A stretch of DNA of 62,653 nucleotides, counting the filler, from Collodictyon triciliatum (Eukaryota): the NCBI GenBank assembly GCA_043381765.1. It is 13 parts of 12 records of this genome, joined end to end, with 100 filler letters (N's around TTAATTAATTAA, not from the genome) between each part and the next. Parts side by side here need not be neighbours in the genome. Positions count along the whole stretch, not along the records: positions 13,264 to 18,386 come from JBHJMP010005459.1; positions 18,487 to 23,609 come from JBHJMP010005460.1; positions 23,710 to 26,122 come from JBHJMP010005460.1; positions 26,223 to 31,343 come from JBHJMP010005461.1; 9 more parts are not named here. One strand, given 5' to 3'. The position numbers and the translations under genes were made by a program. The notes below the pieces were generated by a model. It did not search any database and was not told the DNA's origin. It worked only from the letters and a program-made list of their open reading frames with translations. This document shows positions 13,651 through 27,150 of the stretch, piece after piece; the stretch's first letter is position 1; every line of letters starts with the position of its first letter.

Positions 13651-15031
13651 ACATTACTTCACCTTTGATACCTATAAATTGGTGAAAAGATTCGAACAAG
13701 ACGGTTTCACAACGAAGCAAGCAGAGGCAATTACAGGAACTCTTGTCGAAATTATTGGACAAAGGTTAGTACATCCCCACTCGCAGATTTCTCAGAGTAT
13801 GAAAAATAATAGAAGAAAATGACAAAAGAAAATAACAAAAGAAAATACTAAAAGAAAAGAAATCAAATCAAAGCAAAACAATATACTGCTATCATATAAC
13901 GGATTAGGCTATCAATATTGATTCAAATTCAACATGTCTACCATTTTTAACAGGGGATCTAGGTTGGTGAATATATATATGTGAAATTTAATAAAATAAT
14001 ATACTACAGCTATACTACTTTTTCAGCCGAATTTGCTCCATCCAAGTCCCTCGAAGGAGTTCTCTTTTCTTTTCCAAAGACTGTTTCTCCATTTACCTTT
14101 TGTTATAAAAGTGTTGAAATACAACTTTGAGACAAATTAATATTCAACACATATTTTTATATAGGCTGTTTTATCATCAAAAAATGACGTTTCTCTTCTC
14201 AAAAATGATTTGGAACACAGTCTAAATGGGTACACATCCGATATTAAAAGAGAAAACGAACGAATTAAGTCAGAAGTGGCCTATCTGAAGACAGAACTCA
14301 AGTAAAATATATTGTTTCAGTTCATTTGAATCTATTTAATATTTTATATAGACCTAGTTCTTCATGCGTTCAAGTTTATTATTATTGTTTTATAATTCCT
14401 TCCAGGTATGAAATTGAAAGAATTCAAGGAAATCAGAAATTGGACTTGAATCTTGAGAGAGGGCGTATTCAGGCAAGTTGCATCCTGATCTCAACTTGTA
14501 AAGTAGCGATACAATAGTTTATCGGGTCGTCACATTACTTTTATTATCATCTTTATCATTAATTTAAAAATCGAAATGAATCAAAAGACGTGTTGGGAAT
14601 TAGTACGGTTTCCTTACTTTATGTAATAGGAACTCTTGGCCGGGATTGATGGAAAAATGATCACCATCGATAAGAAGATGACACAAGACATAAAAAGTAT
14701 TAAAACAGACATGGAAGCTCTCAAGTATGACGTTATCAAATACTGCGTTGGTAAGATATTGGATGTCCCTACATGTTAAGACATCATTCCCTTTTTCACA
14801 CTCGATCGCCCTTTTTTATTCTAAAAATCTTTGCTGTTGAACCCGACTCGACACTCAGTAACACTTCATGGATAAAGATGTATTATGTACGCTCATAAGT
14901 TGAGATTCACATACAAGGACAATATTTTGAAGGATCCAAGTTTTAAGATTTTGATATAGATTTTTTTTTGTTTAGGTACAATTATATCGACAGTCGCTGC
15001 TGGTCTCGCGTTGCTGCGCATTTTATTTTAA
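13651..15031 (+). CDS. DUF1640 family mitochondrial coiled-coil protein (CCDC90/MCUR1/Fmp32-like); N-terminus not defined
   Basis: Exons read FDTYKLVKRFEQDGFTTKQAEAIT, LDLNLERGRIQ|EL and KTDMEALKYDVIKYCV|GTIISTVAAGLALLRILF* (C-terminal TM helix). Confidence 0.9.
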
Positions 15032-15534
15032 ACACCAATAATCCATAGAGTGATACCTTTGGAAAAGCACAAACGGAAATGAGAGTGAAAAAAAAAAAAA
15101 AAAAAAAAAAAAGGAAACCAAGCGCACCGTTTCAAAAACAGCCAATGTCCTAGATCAAATCAATATGTTTCTGTCGTTGTATGAAGAACCAAAATATTTC
15201 TATTTATTCCATAAAATGGAAAACCTGACGATGAATTTTGTTATGGCTCATGTTTCCTTTATCCTTTTGGTGCTTTTAGTCAATCGCCCGCCCTTTTTGA
15301 TTTGATAAAAAGTTTTCATATCGCTAATAGTGCATATCAGTGTGGGTAAAGTACATTCTTTTAGAATCCTAGCTAGCAGCGACAATCTATGTGATACGAA
15401 GCAAAATATCCTTTTACATGACAGCGAAAGCATCACATCAAATCTTGCCTTTGATTAAATAAACAAAAAGTTCTAGAATGGAAAAGCAATTATAATCTTG
15501 AGTGGAATGCCGAAAAATAAATAAAAAGACTCAC

Positions 15535-16999
15535 TAAATTGTCCGACAAGTCCAAGTTTTCTATCCAAGTCATATTCAGCAGACACTCAGGGACCTCAGT
15601 TAACTGAATCGACATATATTAGTGAGCAAAAAAACTGTAAAGGGCGCGGAAAATAAACATCATAGATTCCGATGTTCCCAAAAAGAAGAAAAGAGTGGCG
15701 AGAAAGATATAAGAAAGGCTGTACCCATGAACGAACCTTGTTATTATTTATGTTTAAGGTCCTAAGGTTTACCAAAAGAGAGAACGCAGCCGGTAGGGAG
15801 GAAATCTAGATAAAGTAGATTCGTTCATATTTATAATGTACTGTGGTTAGGCGTTTCTTCTAGTTATATTATTATCATTATTACACTTATTAGACGCTTT
15901 GCTGATATTACAATGTCAAAATATCAATGAAATATGAAGCTTGCCTGATTACTGGATATGTCCAGGAGAGAGAAGTTTTCCCAAGCATCAATTAAATGAG
16001 TCACTGATGTTAAACCTTCTCCCACAAAAAAAGGCGGGTGGTTGTAAAGCTGAAGAGAATGTATAAATCTCTTATGGTCGTAATGCCCATACATCCAAAG
16101 GGGGAGCCTTTTGATCCCATGAGGCGCTACCCTTATACTCGGTAACCCTTGGATAGCGATATTAAGTATGGCAAGGTCCTTCAGATGGGTCATTGCTTCG
16201 GGTAACATGGTGATCTAACTCATGGAAATATAATTAAGGCAGAAAATAAAAACGTTAAGTACACAAATATGCCCAGAAAAACAAACAAACGCACAAAAAA
16301 ACTTCAAAAAAACTTTAGCATATTTCTTTCAAATAATTGTATCAAACTCTTCTAACAAAGATGAATATAAAATTTATTAAGATCAGGAACCAAACACACA
16401 CATATATATGTTAAACTGTGATAGATATCATATAAAATTCGAACCGGATTCTCCTGCAAGTCAAGCCGCGTCATTGTTGTGATGAGAGACACCTCTGCGG
16501 GTAACTCTGTGATATTATTCGAATTGATAGAGATGTACTTGATGACCGGAAGAACGCTTAGGGACACTGGAAACGAGGTAATCTTGTTATATGATAAGTC
16601 AATAGTATGCAGATTGAATAGACAGGACAAGCCTTCGTGCAGAGACGTTATATGGTTACCGGTTACTTTGAAGAATTGAAGGTTGGTTAAGGAAGAAAGG
16701 TCTTGAGGAAGAGATGATAGGTTGCTGTAGGTCAACTCGAATTGTTGCAGTTTCTTCAGTTTGAATACGTCCGATGGGATGGATGTCAGGTTGTGTCGGT
16801 TGATGCAAAGATAAGAGAGTTTTTTCAAAGATGACAATCGAACGGGCATAGCCTCCATGCGACCAGCTGGTATTTCAAGAAAAGTGCATGACTTTATATC
16901 TCCTGAGGGCCACCACACTATGGGAATGTCCACCCGCTGGTATTTGCGAGTGTACAGAAGTGCGTCCTTTGCTGTGTGTTTTGCCTGCTTATTTCCCAT
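15535..16999 (-). CDS. LRR protein with N-terminal myristoylation-like MGNKQAK (3' end uncertain)
   Basis: Exon 16999-16444 carries about 6 LRRs (LxxLxLxxNxIxxLP). Further exons at 16215-15945, about 15807-15739 (ISSLPAAFSLLVNLRTLNINNNK) and about 15603-15536 (LTEVPECLLNMTWIENLDLSDN). Confidence 0.85.
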
Positions 17000-17595
17000 G
17001 GCTGATCTCTCTGCTGTTTTTCCAGTGCGCCAGCGGTGTCCCAGTACCCTTCTTTTTCCCAAACTATTGTCCCTTGTTATTCGCGTGAGTTGTGCGGGGC
17101 CTTTGTGTAGGTTATAATCGTGTTTGTTTATATTAAGGCTCTTTTGTCACCGTCTTGTTAAACTGGTACGCTCGCAAGACGCTCAAATTGCTATTTTCGT
17201 GTGCCTGTCAAAACAGGCGCAATGTGCAGGCTCGAATAAATGTAGAGCAGAGCAAGCCTGTCACTATACAAGGCTTGCAATCCCAACATTTTATTATTCA
17301 TTTCTGTCACATTTCATTTCTTTTTCTTGTTTTCTTTTTCTTGTTTTCTTTTTCACTTTTTTTTTCTTCTGGCGTATCTTTAGGATAATTGTTTTGGTGA
17401 GACATTATTTGCAGTGACGTCTGATGTCGTCCGGATTTTTTTCATGAGTCGGAGACCCGGTGTATCTAGTTTTTACTTTGAATCAAACCAATGGCAACGG
17501 GCATATTGCCTTCAGATGCAACATTTTTTATGGTAAGCAACTATGTAGCAATACTACGACAAATTACTCGCAAATCAAAGAAAAAAAATCAAACC

Positions 17596-18237
17596 TTGTT
17601 TTTGCTGATATCGAGTTTCTCCAGCCACCACATTTCGAACAGGCATTCAGGAATCTTTTGGAACTGTTTGATTGGTTCATATTAAGTATTCTGTGGTAGA
17701 TAAAAGTGGGTTACCACTCAAAATATAGCAGGATTATCGAATTATCAATAATTGAAAACTCATGAAATGCGATGAACATAACGCGCACTTCATTTTTGCT
17801 CATGTTTAAGTCATACAAGCCACTAAGAGTGGAGAGCGAATCAGGTAGATCAGATAGCTATGTGTTGGTCAGTTATGGTTCAGGATTATCTTATTGCATT
17901 TACGAAAATGCGTCTATTAAAATCATCATTCAGACATTTTAAGGTCTACTCATTAGGGAAAACTCACCCTGTTATTTGATATATCCACAAAAGCAAATCG
18001 AGACCAGCTTTGTAGCAAATGGGATATAGAAGTTAAACCCTCTCCTATATAGAAAGGTGGGTGGTTGTAAAGCTCAAGCTCCTGGATAGGGTTCATGCGG
18101 TACTGATCGTAACTCTTCCAACAGGGCAGGAGCTTTATGCCATGCGGCACTTTCTTTAAATTGATGACACCTCTGCATTCCACGTACAAAAATCTCAATG
18201 TTTTAAGTTCAGTTATCTCCTCCGGTAAACATTCAAT
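17596..18237 (-). CDS. Tandem paralog of the 15535-16999 LRR gene (5' truncated)
   Basis: Shares LYNHPPF(F/Y)(V/I)GEGLTS and PHGIKxLPxW with the neighbouring gene, with a matching intron position. Further exons LSDLPDSLSTLSGLYDLNMSKN and IPECLFEMWWLEKLDISKNK. Confidence 0.85.
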
Positions 18238-18486
18238 CTATGTTCATTTTACTAAAATTAAAAAAAAATCACCAAAATTTGTACAAATAAGAAGAGAAGA
18301 AGAGAAGAAGAGAAGAAGAGAAGAAGAGAAGAAGAGAAGAAGAGAAGAAGAGAAGAAGAGAAGAAGAGAAGAAGAGAAGAAGAGAANNNNNNNNNNNNNN
18401 NNNNNNNNNNNNNNNNNNNNNNNNNNNNNNTTAATTAATTAANNNNNNNNNNNNNNNNNNNNNNNNNNNNNNNNNNNNNNNNNNNN

Positions 18487-18587
<101 letters not shown>

Positions 18588-19834
18588 AAAAATAAAAATA
18601 AAATAAAATCCGCGTTGACTCCCGCACTTGCCTCTGTGCGGAATCCTCATGTGTCGCTACGTTTCTGTGTGAAACTTGAGAAGAATGACTTCAAAGGAAA
18701 GCATTCGGCTCTCGCGAAACAGTGCCCGATCCCGTTGTTTTTATCCTTGTGCGGTCGACAGAAGCGAAGAACCTGAGAAAGACGATCTCAATCTCAAAGG
18801 GCGATAAACGACGCTCGTAGGCCGAAAAGATGAAGAAGGACAGCCAGCTGAATCTGCCCCAGATCCCGGCCTCTCATCCGCTTGTTTCCATGCAGCAGCG
18901 CAATGCAGCATCAATNNNNNNNNNNNNNNNNNNNNNNNNNNNNNNNNNNNNNNNNNNNNNNNNNNNNNNNNNNNNNNNNNNNNNNNNNNNNNNNNNNNNN
19001 NNNNNNNNNNNNNNNNNNNNNNNNNNNNNNNNNNNNNNNNNNNNNNNNNNNNNNNNNNNNNNNNNNNNNNNNNNNNNNNNNNNNNNNNNNNNNNNNNNNN
19101 NNNNNNNNNNNNNNNNNNNNNNNNNNNNNNNNNNNNNNNNNNNNNNNNNNNNNNNNNNNNNNNNNNNNNNNNNNNNNNNNNNNNNNNNNNNNNNNNNNNN
19201 NNNNNNNNNNNNNNNNNNNNNNNNNNNNNNNNNNNNNNNNNNNNNNNNNNNNNNNNNNNNNNNNNNNNNNNNNNNNNNNNNNNNNNNNNNNNNNNNNNNN
19301 NNNNNNNNNNNNNNNNNNNNNNNNNNNNNNNNNNNNNNNNNNNNNNNNNNNNNNNNNNNNNNNNNNNNNNNNNNNNNNNNNNNNNNNNNNNNNNNNNNNN
19401 NNNNNNNNNNNNNNNCCTTTCCACGCCGCTGTGTCGAACAACTGAGGGAATAGTCCCAGAAGACAAAGAAAGAGGATCGATAGAACACCCCAGAACGGCC
19501 AGCAACGTTTTATTAATCTGGGATTTATACTTAATCAAGAACATACGGATCATTGTAGCTCAATTTTCTTTTCAACAAATAACAAACAATCAAAATATGT
19601 ATCTTTCATCGTATTCCAAAAATATTCGCAACTACTCTGTACATACAAACATTTGAATTTGCATTCTACAGCCAACGATTACAACTCCAACGGGCAGCAC
19701 TCTCATCCTTTTTATAATCAATCAATCACACACGAGCCATGCATTCTTCACCTGGTCATCAGTAGGAAACAGCAAGACGTTACAGTACCCGCATCACCAG
19801 ACTCCAGGACCACGGCATACGAACCCCACGCACA

Positions 19835-20701
19835 ATGAAGCGCTCCTCCCGCACCGCCAACAAAGCCAGCACAGCCGTCATAGTCGCAGCAGACACGACA
19901 CCGAACCCGCCTGCCCAGGACACCGGGATCACCAAAGGCAAAGCGAAGGCCAAAGCCAGCCTGTCGAACCCAGGCACGGACGCCAAGCACGACCCAAGCA
20001 CGAATGCCAAGGCAGAGAGCAACGAAAACCAAGCCAACTCCACCGCAGCTGCCAAGACAAGCCCGACCCAAGAGCCGACGCCCGCCAATGCCCCACCAGC
20101 AGCGTACGGACGCTACCTGCGCTTCGACGACGACGGCGTGGCCCACGTAGCGGAGCCGCTGCCCTCCGAGTTCAACTTCCGCACCTGCCGCCCGGGCAGC
20201 GCAGTGGCAGACGAACAAGGACACGGACGCCAGGACAAAGAAGAAGAAAAAGAAGAAGGAGACCAACAGACACCCGAGCAGGCCGAAGGAGAAGGAGGAG
20301 AAGAAGGAGAGGGGGAGGAAGGAGAGGCGGAGGAAGGGGAGGCGGAGGTTGAGGAGGAGGTTGAGGAGGCCCCCTTCCGCGGCGGCACACACATCAAGTT
20401 TGCGGAGGACGGGACGGTGGTGAGCGTGCGGCGGGGCGGGGCGTGTGTGCCCGCGGCGCATTGCCAGGCGCACGTCCTCTGCCTGCTGCCCTGCCCGGGC
20501 CCCGGCCTGTCGCACCTGGCACACCTGCCGCAGACCCACGCCCAGCGCCACCCGCACTTCTGGGTCGTCCCGGCTGCCTACGCCGGCCAGTCCGTCATCT
20601 GCTTCAAGTGCCAGGCCGTCGTCACCTTCCCGGCCCGCGCCGTCGCCCACACGCCCGGCCCCGACGCCCTTGTCCCGGACATGTTGAATCTGCGCCTCTG
20701 A
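19835..20701 (+). CDS. Intronless GC-rich 288-aa ORF: disordered/acidic N-terminal part, Cys/His-rich C-terminus; function unknown
   Basis: ATG-to-TGA ORF with strong GC bias at third codon positions. It has an E/G-rich tract and a C-terminal CVPAAHCQAHVLC...CFKC. Confidence 0.55.
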   Translation: MKRSSRTANKASTAVIVAADTTPNPPAQDTGITKGKAKAKASLSNPGTDAKHDPSTNAKAESNENQANSTAAAKTSPTQEPTPANAPPAAYGRYLRFDDDGVAHVAEPLPSEFNFRTCRPGSAVADEQGHGRQDKEEEKEEGDQQTPEQAEGEGGEEGEGEEGEAEEGEAEVEEEVEEAPFRGGTHIKFAEDGTVVSVRRGGACVPAAHCQAHVLCLLPCPGPGLSHLAHLPQTHAQRHPHFWVVPAAYAGQSVICFKCQAVVTFPARAVAHTPGPDALVPDMLNLRL

Positions 20702-21530
20702 CCGGCCCGCCCTCGCGCCCCCTCCCCCCTCCTCCTCCTCCTCTCAGTCTGTCCATAACGCCCCCCTCGACCCTGTCCCCAAGATAGTCCGGCCTCATCC
20801 CCATAAACCAAACGCCTCTCTCCGCCTTCGCCCCTTCTGACGAAGCATCCTGCCCCGCTGGCCCCAACCCCTCTCCGCCTTCGCATTGGCCTCTGTGCGC
20901 AACGCCCCTGTGCCTGGCAATCCCTTCATGCAACATTTCTGATGGTGTCTCTGCGGTCATCGAGGTTCGGGCTGCAGGCGGAAGGAGGCATGTGAAGGCG
21001 CCGCATGATGTCTCTGTTCCTTCCAGCGACTCTCGCCTCCTTCGCAATCGAGCAGGTGGTTATATCCCTGGCCTACCTTCCATCCCAGGCCCTTCGCCCG
21101 GCGGTGTTGTCTCCAAGTGCCCCGCCCCTCACCAGAATCCTTTTATTTAAATGCGGAAAATATTGCAATATCGTTTTTTGTTGCTCAAATAAGGTCACGT
21201 AATCTTAGATAATCCACCATATTCTAAATTAATGTACGATATCATAATTATTATTGCGCTAATGCTCGGTTGTGACCTCACTTTTGCCAAAGCTGCGTAT
21301 GTATAAACGAAAGGTAGGTAGTCTCTAATCGTTTGCTGAATCATTCCTTATTTGGATACCGTTGGTTTCCTAAAAATAAATAACGAATTATTATTATAAT
21401 CACGAGCCTGGTTATGATCATCTTTTCTTGGCGTCCATCATCGGTGTCGCCGGCTATATGGCACGCCAACCCGGACAATTCAAACCCGATCAAAGTGCTT
21501 GTTTGCACAAAAGCCGAAAAAAAAAAGAAG

Positions 21531-21700
21531 CAAACACAATAAAACACAATAAAACACAATAAAACACAATAAAACACAATAAAACACAATAAAACTCAAT
21601 AAAACACAATAAAACACAATAAAACACAATAAAACACAATAAAACACAATAAAACACAATAAAACACAATAAAACACAATAAAACACAATAAAACACAAC
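21531..21700. repeat. 10-bp tandem repeat (AAAACACAAT)n
   Basis: About 17 near-perfect copies. Confidence 0.95.
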
Positions 21701-21811
21701 AAAACACGACAACAGAAAAAAGAAGACAGAACATAAGACCCTAAAATTAACAACCATTAACCTTGGTCATCAAGAGACAGCCCACGCCCTAGACCGCGCC
21801 GGCTCCTGCCA

Positions 21812-23397
21812 ATGTCCACGGCCACACCTGCCCGCTTTCTAACGCCGTCTGCGCCACGTCCGCTGACGTCTTCGTCCCTTCAAAGCTGGAGCCAAACAAA
21901 CAGCCAGTCCGGCCCCCGCCCGCCAACTCTTCCACCCACTCCACTCGGGCCGAACCGGACCGGAAATGCCCCGGCCAGTCCAAAAAACATTCTTGCAAGG
22001 AGTATCGGCTCTGCCCGTCCCACACCGCGCGAATCACCGGCCAACTATGGCGTCTTTGCGCCACTGCCTTCGCAGGTTGCTGCAAATCCTGGATATGTAT
22101 CATCCCCGTCTCAGAATTCACACATTTCTGAGTCCCGTCGTGCGCGACTGGAAAAGATTCTTACAGCAGAGAAAGGGAAGGATTCTATTCTCTCAAAACT
22201 CCGACTAAGGTTCCTGAAGCTCGTGAGTTTTAAAAATCTCTATTCGTTTATTTATGGTTGCATCGCAAAGGAAGGGCTGGAAGTCATTACAAAAACCTTT
22301 CATCTTGCACAGTCTGAATGAAATACTACTATCATTATATATGTGTCCGTGTAGATTCATAGCATGCAGGTTCATATCTTTGCAAAATATTTTAGTGATA
22401 AATGATCTCTTTGTCTTTCTGCTTGTAATTTATGAAGGGAATGGAGCCTGCTCTACAAGAAATCGTCAACAAGATCATTGATGAATACGTCTGTCTTCCA
22501 TCTCTCAATATGTCAGACATGGACAAAATCCAGACCAGAATCAGTATGACTTTGTGTCTCAGAATAATATTATATCATTTTACCAAATGTGATTTGAACC
22601 AAAACAGTCGCTTTATCCACGAATAATATACAAGAAGAATATGCATCTTGCACCTCACTCGTATAACTATAGAAAATGCAGAAAAGGAATTTAAAATGAG
22701 AGCTTCTGGCAGCCTGTATGAATCACGGCCATCAACCGGTCGCTCACGCATCCCTATGGTACCCATTTCCCCTTCCTATTGATCGACAGTATTTCCCCCT
22801 TATTAAATTATTTTGGAATGCAATGAAGAGTTGCTATTGCCTTTTTTTTTTTTTTGTCGGAATAAATTATTCCATCAATCATACCTCATACCAAATGCTA
22901 TATGGCGGTTCCAGAGCCAAACTTCCAAATCTTGCAGAAATCGGAAGGAAGAACAAAAAAAAATAAAAATAAAAATAAAAAATTGAATCACAATTTATAA
23001 AAAGACCCAAAATAAACTTTATTTTGAATACTTCAATCAATCTCCAGCTATTACCTCTAAGCAACATCATTCTTGCATAAAATTAAGCAATCAAGAGGAA
23101 GCGATATGTCTAGGCCTATGACCACTCAAAGTAAAGGACACTTGATTAGCCCTGGGCGATTTTCTGGTAAAATAAAATTTTTCATAATTTGTCTGTGACC
23201 ACTATGTTGCTAATATCTTATTTTTTTTTTAATAACTAAAGTTTTTTTTCTCTTAAACTCAACCAAAGAAAACCTGATGGACGATTGGAGTGCATCAATC
23301 CAAGCTGATGTCGGGAATCGCATGGAAGAAGTTATCAAGGAAAGAGAGAGGCTATCCTGCATCAAGAAACAAATGAAAGATGACCTTGATAGAATAG
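21812..23397 (+). CDS. Multi-exon protein with S/P/T-rich N-terminus then coiled coil (N-terminal part; possibly trichoplein/TPH-like ciliary protein)
   Basis: Exon 21812-22222, then GMEPALQEIVNKIIDEY, KNAEKEFKMRAS and ENLMDDWSASIQADVGNRMEEVIKEKER...DDLDRI with GT-AG boundaries. Confidence 0.6.
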
Positions 23398-23509
23398 TAT
23401 GTGGATTTTATCTTTCTATCAATTTTAAGATGGGTCGTCTTTTGTAATTTCAGAACATAGCTGATTACTCACTATTTACATGATTTTACTCCATACAACA
23501 TCAAGTTAT

Positions 23510-23609
<100 letters not shown>

Positions 23610-23865
23610 NNNNNNNNNNNNNNNNNNNNNNNNNNNNNNNNNNNNNNNNNNNNTTAATTAATTAANNNNNNNNNNNNNNNNNNNNNNNNNNNNNNNNNNN
23701 NNNNNNNNNACATACATACATACATACATACATACATACATACATACATACATACATACATACATACATACATACATACATACATACATACATACATACA
23801 TACATGGAAAGTTATTTTTTTAGGTGTAAATTTACATTGTGATAAAAAGAATTCGATGAATACAG

Positions 23866-24596
23866 AAACATGAGGATATGAGACAAGGGCTGCTTCAGAA
23901 CGAGCTTAAGTCGCTACGAAAAAAGGAAGAAATACTTAAAGCTTTGCAAGACGACCGTGAGCTGCTTCAAAAATACATAGCTAATTATGATAAGGAGGTA
24001 CTTTTTTCATTTCACTTTGGTTAACATTTCCAACATGGTAATTCCCACATATGAACTTCGATATATATATTTAATATTCATACATGTGCTGATGGCTCTA
24101 GTTGCATGAAAAAGAGGAATGGGATAATTATATGAAGGGAGTCCGTCTGGCTCGCGCCAATTACTTCAAGGAGCCATACTCAAAGCCTATGATGGACAAG
24201 AGTCATGAGGTTTCTATATGGTTTTCAAGGAATAATAATGTCAGACTAAACATTAAAGTCACAGCTGCTCATTAAGACTTTTTTTCTATTGAAAAATAGA
24301 AAAGAAAAAGAATTTAACAATAGATAACAAGAAGAATAACAAAATGATACATTCATTATGCCTCTTAGATGTTATAAGATTATTACATATATGTATATTT
24401 TCCTGCTCATATACCAGGATGAACTTCGGGCTCAGAGAGAACTAGAAAATATCGATGAGCGTATCCGGCAAAATGAAATAGAGCGGCTGAACAAAATATT
24501 ACGAGACCGAGATGAGCTCCAAAAATCCGTAAATGAGATACATCGTGCGAAAGAGGTTTACCATAATCAGTATTTTCGTGTTTTTATATCCCTTTC

Positions 24597-24631
<35 letters not shown>

Positions 24632-25794
24632 TAATAATAAATATAATAATAATAATAATATATATAATATAATAATAAATAATAATAANNNNNNNNNNNN
24701 NNNNNNNNNNNNNNNNNNNNNNNNNNNNNNNNNNNNNNNNNNNNNNNNNNNNNNNNNNNNNNNNNNNNNNNNNNNNNNNNNNNNNNNNNNNNNNNNNNNN
24801 NNNNNNNNNNNNNNNNNNNNNNNNNNNNNNNNNNNNNNNNNNNNNNNNNNNNNNNNNNNNNNNNNNNNNNNNNNNNNNNNNNNNNNNNNNNNNNNNNNNN
24901 NNNNNNNNNNNNNNNNNNNNNNNNNNNNNNNNNNNNNNNNNNNNNNNNNNNNNNNNNNNNNNNNNNNNNNNNNNNNNNNNNNNNNNNNNNNNNNNNNNNN
25001 NNNNNNNNNNNNNNNNNNNNNNNNNNNNNNNNNNNNNNNNNNNNNNNNNNNNNNNNNNNNNNNNNNNNNNNNNNNNNNNNNNNNNNNNNNNNNNNNNNNN
25101 NNNNNNNNNNNNNNNNNNNNNNNNNNNNNNNNNNNNNNNNNNNNNNNNNNNNNNNNNNNNNNNNNNNNNNNNNNNNNNNNNNNNNNNNNNNNNNNNNNNN
25201 NNNNNNNNNNNNNNNNNNAATAAATAATAAATAATAAATAATAAATAATAAATAATAAATAATAAATAATAAATAATAAATAATAAATAATAAAAAATAA
25301 ATAATAAATAATAGGAGCGTAAGCGGCAGGAAATGGATGAGAAATCCCGCCAGGTAGAGTACTGGAGAGTCGAGAATGACATTGCTGACCGAAACGAGGA
25401 AATGAAGAGGCGTCAACAAGTTGAAACAAATAGGGAATATGCCAAGCAATTATTAGAACAATCACGGTATTTGATACTGAAAGGCATTCAAGATATCTGT
25501 CATTCATTATGTAATACATGACTGAGATAGTATGACGATATAGTCTCACTTCCATACAAACAAAAAAGAATAGATACATAGGACAAGATAATTATCTAAT
25601 CATATAATATTGATAGGGCTGACCTTATGAGAAAGAGGGGCGAGTCAAGTCTGATATCTGATGCCGAGAGAAATATGAATAGAGCATTGATTGAGCGGTA
25701 CGGCATACGTTCTATGTCGGTTGGGCATCCACCACGAACAGAAGTTTCCACATACAGCCAAAGCTTCGGAAGTGGCGCACTTGTGTTAGCCTAG
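23866..25794 (+). CDS. E/R/K-rich coiled-coil protein C-terminal part (TPH/trichohyalin-like)
   Basis: Exons read DELRAQRELENIDERIRQNEIERLNK, ERKRQEMDEK...NREYAKQLLEQ and ISDAERNMNRALIE...LVLA*. A 530-N gap interrupts the gene. Confidence 0.65.
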
Positions 25795-27150
25795 CCTGAG
25801 CACCGATGTGGACGCCGATTCTCCGACATAACTTACATGGCCTCACACACGATTAGTCACTATGTGACTGGAACAACAGACTGCAACCTATCTGATTTAT
25901 AGTTTGCTATGATTTCTTTATCCATTCACGCCCTTCGTCTAATTGACTTTATTTTGATGAAGAAAACTACTTTTTTTTTTCCAGACAAACACCTCAGTTA
26001 CTAACATGGGTATCTTATCACAAAGTCTTTGAATTCCGTCTTGCTGTCTTTTTTTTTTTTTTTTTTTTTTTTTTTCCTCCGTCCGATTTGGCAAACAAAA
26101 TAAATTTTTTTTTAAAAAAAAANNNNNNNNNNNNNNNNNNNNNNNNNNNNNNNNNNNNNNNNNNNNTTAATTAATTAANNNNNNNNNNNNNNNNNNNNNN
26201 NNNNNNNNNNNNNNNNNNNNNNAGAGACCAGGGAGTGGAAGCTTATAGCCATAAGTTTTGCAAGCAAGAGGGAGAAATCCCTTCGACAACCTCTACTGAA
26301 AAGACCCTAATACGGTCTGGAAGGAGGTGAGTCAACCATGCAGAGAATTCTTCTTTGCACTCGACCTAGTGCTTATCAAACGAACCTCACTTCTCTTTTT
26401 CACCATCCTTTTCGACAGCTTGCGCCATCAAAGCAGTATTCCCCCTCCTCCATCCAATCAATATCACCCGTCCCTTTTTTCTCACGCTCGTGGGACACTA
26501 TCATGCGTCCCCTAAAGAAATCCATGCGTCTCTTATCAAGCCTCAAGAACACATCTCTTTTCCCTTTTTTTCTATTTTATCTCCCACACATCACCACCTA
26601 CTTTGGAACTACTTGCCTGATGGCTGAATGAAAGATTGTTGAGACGGGCTCAACAGCTAAGACTCCAAAAAAAATATAAAAAAAACATACTGTCTGGGGA
26701 GGTCGCTTGACATATAGATACTATATTATTTATTTTTGCTAAATTTATAGTAATAAATTTATCATTAACTATTATAACGTAATGTTAAAATATACTCGTA
26801 TTATATTATAAATTCCAGAAATACATAATGTGGCTTTTCCTCGATCGCTTCGCCACCACAAATCCATCCAAAGATCCAAACTAAAGAAAAAGATCAATAA
26901 GCACGGGCCGACGCCTTCACTCCTGCTACTCCACTCAGATCCCCTCCAAGACCCAGAGTCCTGACCCAATAGAGGGGAAGAACAGAGCAGAACAGAACCC
27001 TGTAACAGGATCGAAGTTGCCCCTTCTCTGACTATTTCGTTTGTTTGCTTATTCACCCACACGCCTGTTTGTTTCATGGTTAAGCAACTTTGCTTCCCTC
27101 GCGGCATAGAATCCAACGAAGCCACACCGGAAGCACACTCTCACAGGATA

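Noticed and set aside
21531-21700. Tandem arrays (also 7597-7790) as possible CRISPR-like arrays
   Set aside because: Head-to-tail simple repeats with no unique spacers.
26223-26640. Possible retrotransposon 3' fragment
   Set aside because: No diagnostic RT or zinc-finger motif could be recovered in any frame.
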